NCBI GenBank assembly: GCA_944387555.1
Contig: CALXFH010000008.1
Location: 357-64,356, forward strand
Source: an uncultured Clostridia bacterium
GTDB taxonomy: Bacteria > Bacillota > Clostridia > TANB77 > CAG-508
Length of the DNA stretch: 64,000 nt
Direction of reading: 5' to 3'
Shown piece by piece: positions 61,201 through 64,000 of the stretch. A program made the translations under genes and the position numbers. The stretch's first letter is position 1; each line of letters opens with the position of its first letter. Below the pieces are notes generated by a model. That model did no database searches and was not told the DNA's origin. It saw only the letters and a program-made list of their open reading frames with translations.

Positions 61201-64000
61201 TTACACTTTCTGGAATAACATTTTCTGGTAAATAGTCTGACAAGTTTACATATATACCATTTACTTCTCCTGGTTCATTTACCTTTCTTCCAAAAGCAGA
61301 AATAGAAATGTTATAATTTATTTCTTCGCCGTATCTAACCTCTTGACCTTCGTTATCTGAAGCCATTGTTATATATATATCATCTAAAGCATAATCTAAT
61401 CTATTTTCATTTGATTTATATGTAACATCATTCACAGTAACGCTTGCAACCGCTTTTAATTCAACTTTTCCATCAACTACTCTATCAATTAGTTGTGTTT
61501 TATCACCTTCTTGTACTCCTAAAAAATATGTTCCACTTTTATTTGTATTTATTACAACTTCTGTTCCATTAAATTCCCATGTAAAATCAGATATGCTTTC
61601 TCCTTCACTATCAGAAGCATTTATATATACATTTTGATTATCTACATATTCTTGTTTTATAGAGAAAAATTCATCTAAATTTAATCTTATTGTTGATTCT
61701 ACTCCATCTGGAATATTTACATTCATTGTGTAAGACCATTCTCCTGCTACACCCTCTACTTGCGAAGTAAGGTAAACGCTTGCTTCTGCTTGTTGTATAA
61801 TATTATTTAAGTCATAATTATAGCTTTGCGTATCGCCAATATATGCCTTTATATTAGTTGATATTGTTTTTTCTTCTTCATTATCTTGTAAATTATTTAC
61901 TCGTACTTCATAATATTGTTCTACAGTTTGGCCTACTCTTACCGTTCCTATATTAATTTCTTTTTCTCTTAATGAGTCATCAAAATTATATCTATATACT
62001 CTATCATCCAAAGAATCAAATTTTGTTTCTAATTCTCCATATGTAGTACCTTCTGGTATTGTTCCTACTACTTTTACATTATCTATATTACTACTTGTTG
62101 TATTTGTAACTTTTATATTATATTTTATAAATTCTCCTTCATACACAGTATCTCCATCTTTTAGCTCTGTATCTCCTTTTACTGGAGTAACTGTTACTTG
62201 TAATCCATCTATTTCATCTTGTGTTGCTGCTAATACTTCTGCTTTTGCTTTTTCTTCTACTGCTTCTGTTACTGTTGATATTATGTCATTTGTATTTTCT
62301 TTAGAATTTTGTGTATCTTGAGATGTAGTTGCTTGGTTTTCTTGGAAGTTCTCCATAGAAATTGCTTTTTCTATATTTCCTTGCTCACTACCTCCATCTA
62401 CAGTATAGTTGTTTGTATAATCTATAGTAACCTTACCTAATTTTGTCTCAATATCATTCTTTAAAATTATTGAGGCTGATAATTTTATATTAGTTATTAA
62501 ACCTAAATTGTTTTCACTATAAGTTGTTTGTGTTCCATCTAATTTTATTACTATGTTTGTACTTCCATCTTCTGCTGTTTCTAAGTATGGTTCTTGCATA
62601 CTTAAACCATTCGCATACATAATAGAACTATTATTTAATATTACCTTCTCTACCTCACTTGGTAATTTTATTCTTATTGTTGGATTACTAAAAAGATTAT
62701 TACTTATAGATGAAGAATTTAATGAGATATCAAATGTTACATCATTTTGTTTTTCATTTGTCCAGTTTGTATTATCTACATTTACCCCTACATTTGTCGT
62801 AGAATCTTTTACTTCAATTGTGTTTTCTTTGTCATTTCTATAGCTCTCTTCTTCTACAATTTCTGTAGTTATTTTTCCATCTTCATCTTCTTTTTCTACT
62901 TCTTTATCATTTATTCCTATTATGCTTAATTTTGTAACAATATCTTTATCATCAATATTTAATACATCACTTTTTATTTTCTTTACATTTTCTACATGCA
63001 ATATTCCTTCATTTATAATGTCACTTGTTTTTATTGTAATCTTATTTACATTTTCAGGATAAACAATTAAAGCTTCTCCATTTTCATTAAATCCTGTATT
63101 ATTATCAATAGTAGAAATAAGATTATTATCACCATCAAATATTTCGATCTTACCATTTTCACCTAAAACATTTAAGAAATCCTCTTTTAAAATTTTAGTA
63201 CTTTTATAATATATATCATTAGGATTTACAAATGTATTTTCTTCTGTAATATTAATTTTTTGATGTGCTTCTTTTTTACTTATCATTATTTCATTATTTT
63301 CAGTATATTCAGTATCATATGTTGTTCCATTTATAATATTAGATTTAATATATCCATTATATATATCATCTCTTGTAGTATCAACAGAAGTTAAATCTCC
63401 AACATCCTCTGTTACTTTTTGATCTAAGACACCTTGTCCTATTACTTCTCTATTATCTTCTGTAAATAATATTGCTTTATATGTAGCATTACAAGATAAA
63501 TCTCTTTCTGGTTCTTCCTTTGTATATGTATCATAATAAGCAATAACTACAAATTCATCTCTATCATTTTCTTCTGGTCTAGTATTATATATAGGTTCTC
63601 CATTTTCATTTTCATTACTTGTCCTTATTGTTACTAAACCAGTATTAGAATCATAATTATAATCTTCTTCTATAGAGCTTGTCTTTCCATTTGTCGCCTT
63701 GGTACTCTTGCCGATTACTCTTACATCATATGGATACTTACCATCTATTTGATTTAAAGAAACATTTAATTCAGAATTTTTAATTGCAAAAAATTCTTCT
63801 CCATATTTAATTCCCGTTCTAAAGCTATATTGTACTAATGTGCCAGTAGTTCCATCCCTTAGCTCATAATTCACATACTTATCTAATGCCCCTTCAAGAA
63901 TAGCTTTTTCATCATTGTCTACACCATAACTTACTTTTGAAAACAATTTGCTCATGGCTATTGCAAAAACTAGCATGGCGATTAATACACATATTTTTAT
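55211..64000 (-). CDS. giant cell-surface protein (>2,929 aa, 5' end outside the window) with DUF11-type, SdrD-B-like and SpaA/Cna-B-like repeats, an internal TM hairpin and a C-terminal TM anchor
   Basis: Single stop-free frame. The frame stays open upstream of the first ATG to the window edge (IKICVLIAMLVFAIAMS looks like a signal peptide). Domain signatures: GLAWNDENGDG...GRYTFSNLAQGNYIV, VTYRIVVTNEGKTPA..LPDGLSF, GNLRIVKKDQDSN...GTYTVREI. Confidence 0.9.
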   Translation of the reverse strand: MKICVLIAMLVFAIAMSKLFSKVSYGVDNDEKAILEGALDKYVNYELRDGTTGTLVQYSFRTGIKYGEEFFAIKNSELNVSLNQIDGKYPYDVRVIGKSTKATNGKTSSIEEDYNYDSNTGLVTIRTSNENENGEPIYNTRPEENDRDEFVVIAYYDTYTKEEPERDLSCNATYKAILFTEDNREVIGQGVLDQKVTEDVGDLTSVDTTRDDIYNGYIKSNIINGTTYDTEYTENNEIMISKKEAHQKINITEENTFVNPNDIYYKSTKILKEDFLNVLGENGKIEIFDGDNNLISTIDNNTGFNENGEALIVYPENVNKITIKTSDIINEGILHVENVKKIKSDVLNIDDKDIVTKLSIIGINDKEVEKEDEDGKITTEIVEEESYRNDKENTIEVKDSTTNVGVNVDNTNWTNEKQNDVTFDISLNSSSISNNLFSNPTIRIKLPSEVEKVILNNSSIMYANGLSMQEPYLETAEDGSTNIVIKLDGTQTTYSENNLGLITNIKLSASIILKNDIETKLGKVTIDYTNNYTVDGGSEQGNIEKAISMENFQENQATTSQDTQNSKENTNDIISTVTEAVEEKAKAEVLAATQDEIDGLQVTVTPVKGDTELKDGDTVYEGEFIKYNIKVTNTTSSNIDNVKVVGTIPEGTTYGELETKFDSLDDRVYRYNFDDSLREKEINIGTVRVGQTVEQYYEVRVNNLQDNEEEKTISTNIKAYIGDTQSYNYDLNNIIQQAEASVYLTSQVEGVAGEWSYTMNVNIPDGVESTIRLNLDEFFSIKQEYVDNQNVYINASDSEGESISDFTWEFNGTEVVINTNKSGTYFLGVQEGDKTQLIDRVVDGKVELKAVASVTVNDVTYKSNENRLDYALDDIYITMASDNEGQEVRYGEEINYNISISAFGRKVNEPGEVNGIYVNLSDYLPENVIPESVTYDYYEPVFSEVVGEDGPVEQITGLSEKQEKTEDITLRSDENGNRLPEVDIYTYVPYNETVNVTIKTTAGYVYERTEIQNSAIVKYSIDSDRQTVSLTKTSNIVKHIILPGNIDEGGGSDTPEEPTDPENPDNPNNPEDPNNPENPGDPNARYNISGLAWNDENGDGARQDSESLISGIEVLLVNLNDSSNVAAETTTNNGRYTFSNLAQGNYIVVFTYNTSIYRLTEYRKSGVAESVNSDAASQKITLDGREVNAGVTDVINLNREQTNIDIGLIQNDACDLKLDKYITDISVTTKSGTKQYSYDNTKLGRVEIRAKEINGAQVSVTYRIVVTNEGKTPATVREIYDYLPDGLSFSSNGNANWTNQSGVLINRSLMNQEIAAGESKEIYLTLTKTMGEEDTGTFTNAAEIGSVDNTLGIQDNDSTPGNRNSSEDDYSEAQLIISVSTGLVMYISIVTIVLILVALLALAIKFRVKIRKISKIGMFLIMFAVIGIVSSNDVFGYNFHYISYYQHKFQGGPTGTAYCSNHDGTAAGWHHDVVDYPARLSSHCYDSESAYTFDYNSGSTTYGSTEITSPGIQLSKTNNEIGVRKIGNNYVLGPFGTSSNSSENYSVAVYDKAGTVIDGWVACDANGNAWSSVPGNSTFYLSLSPSLYGRGVSRVTVTQNKTKTYRTYRYTYGRKYFYYSGQNPCYDSYNQWHWAQGPKPHQGVYTTEYKFDEGYDYGSEVTTATIEWTNFNATLDIIKVDDDDPNVKLDIQGTLAKNDGTFSQNFTTTDGTYHFDNLTPGAYTLTETVNNNYGYEHEVNKQVQVTVTGGTVQELSITNQKQTGNLRIVKKDQDSNTVLEDVSFKIMDSSGKYIIAIDENGESLTSAKGTIYLSNMQTTDDESQATEFITDSNGEIKIYNIRTGTYTVREISVGDNNYGYEVDDNYISWNNGQADGTGASATMTVSRQTSDNTSNSSNNAYDILTFNNRRKWIKLSGKVWEDMISGKTSERDSLYNAAEDDESNPDRLVANVTVRLKDRNENYIQFRTEEGGELVSEVLTSSNEENYGTYQMVDVLIDELQNYYIEFSYNGMSYTSVPIVDILLGNGTKAIENTDVRAEFNRKYSEITHQGVTDPIGQSNDDTGSKTYDLNYDEGDRTQGNYNSTLNYGPNSKDSDAYGYEGQNFPVNPNKIDEQYVITSTTRDAFLSVADGNNNYSGYLSDIKSAEQIREENITEITDINLGLREREQPDLALVQDIDNAKVTLNGYEHTYYYNQRFANQEVPEGFDVGVKFGNEYGSANYTQTIYSSDVVYNEQTGGENGVLGVYVTYKVALRNEATNLYTRVNEVVNYFDNRYDTNNIMVTDEDGNVLSYAVDPNYDNNGFRKMTIQANQNIVHENQRAIYITYKLQNDAVNAVLNGNLTLDSVSEITSYSTYSDENFSIHYAGVDKDSRPGSAIPENRNNENDDTNKETYEDDTDKAPSFILQISESEGRVIRGTVWEDNAIEELLNNTGYEKERKGDGIYVNGENVVEQVKVELLACDESGNPTNVASLYKKDQVQAGNVVEEPESATTNTDQSGNYEFSGIIPGKYVIRFTYGNSSVIVKPDGTTENLEAEKYKSTIYRGGNKEQADAMNDYWYRAETGEGTTRLSDARDISGIRTDGTTIDDIVEYRTREEQTYNYGTIQKENSPALESIEANTRLFDIKLDYDINLDNISQYGEQLKFVFDNMDLGIIRRPIQNLDVRKEIAYVQVKLANGQVVIEGDPREGNINHLRFLPDGNIHIELDSELLQGATLTIRYEIIVDNRNAEIDYNDNDYYIYGIVPQNNANWKLATISSIFDYLSNGLVYNENNVDNQNNWTQITDITKEEMVDQGLLSEDAFNAVKQYNQILQTTAFSNMEPNQELRVPLEVSRVLSNNSDDFIFENDMEVNEVKNRKMEHDGDYTTPGDYVPSETGRVPGGDDDYVYLTVTGPTGENQNYIPYIILGISSFIILGAGIIFIKKKVLG
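60752..60850 (-). repeat. 9-nt periodic coding repeat (about 10-11 units) encoding a Pro/Asn/Asp/Glu linker
   Basis: The plus strand reads NNCTGGATT-like units. The protein reads PEEPTDPENPDNPNNPEDPNNPENPGDPN. Confidence 0.7.

Overview
This window is a strongly AT-rich chromosomal segment from a low-GC Firmicute. It looks Clostridia-like and spore-forming, since spoIIE and a Spo0E-like gene are present. Almost everything is transcribed on the minus strand.

Core genes:
- Translation and transcription: the str operon (rpsL-rpsG-fusA-tuf), rpsU, rplI, rpoB-rpoC.
- tRNA modification: trmFO, tilS, tsaC.
- Lysine/DAP genes: asd convergent with lysC-dapA-dapB.
- Other core genes: an M16 peptidase pair, nrdG, ftsH, dnaB, gdpP, exonuclease III, two NUDIX genes, an AI-2E transporter, lemA-htpX, tatD, acpS, spoIIE.

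Non-core content:
- a SWIM/SNF2 helicase
- a K/E-rich ORFan
- a frameshifted Rpn (YhgA-like) nuclease pseudogene
- an AAA/DUF4143 ATPase
- a prepilin-like LamG protein divergent from an XRE regulator
- a WG-repeat protein next to a tail-anchored ORFan
- a surface-protein ORF of more than 2,900 aa that runs off the right edge

I saw no rRNA, tRNA, CRISPR array, intact transposase or reverse transcriptase.

Most interesting observations:
1. An FGE/C-type-lectin-fold gene sits inside the conserved gdpP-rplI-dnaB cluster. Its last ~100 nt are adenine-depleted and built of NNY codons, which is the signature of a diversity-generating-retroelement variable region. No template repeat or RT is present in the window.
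2. The giant ORF is really two complete surface-protein modules joined in frame by a central transmembrane hairpin.
3. A family of ~100-nt palindromic intergenic repeats occurs at four loci. Two half-copies form inverted repeats around a 2.3-kb, three-gene segment.
4. A 25-codon hydrophobic peptide gene faces a convergent promoter across a shared terminator, a type I toxin-antitoxin-like layout.
5. A YabE-like cell-wall gene is cut by one in-frame TAA, 8 nt upstream of an A16 tract.

The Rpn and spoIIE 5' disruptions sit at short homopolymers, so sequencing error is a live alternative for those. All start codons were chosen by eye from SD-like motifs. No database search was possible.
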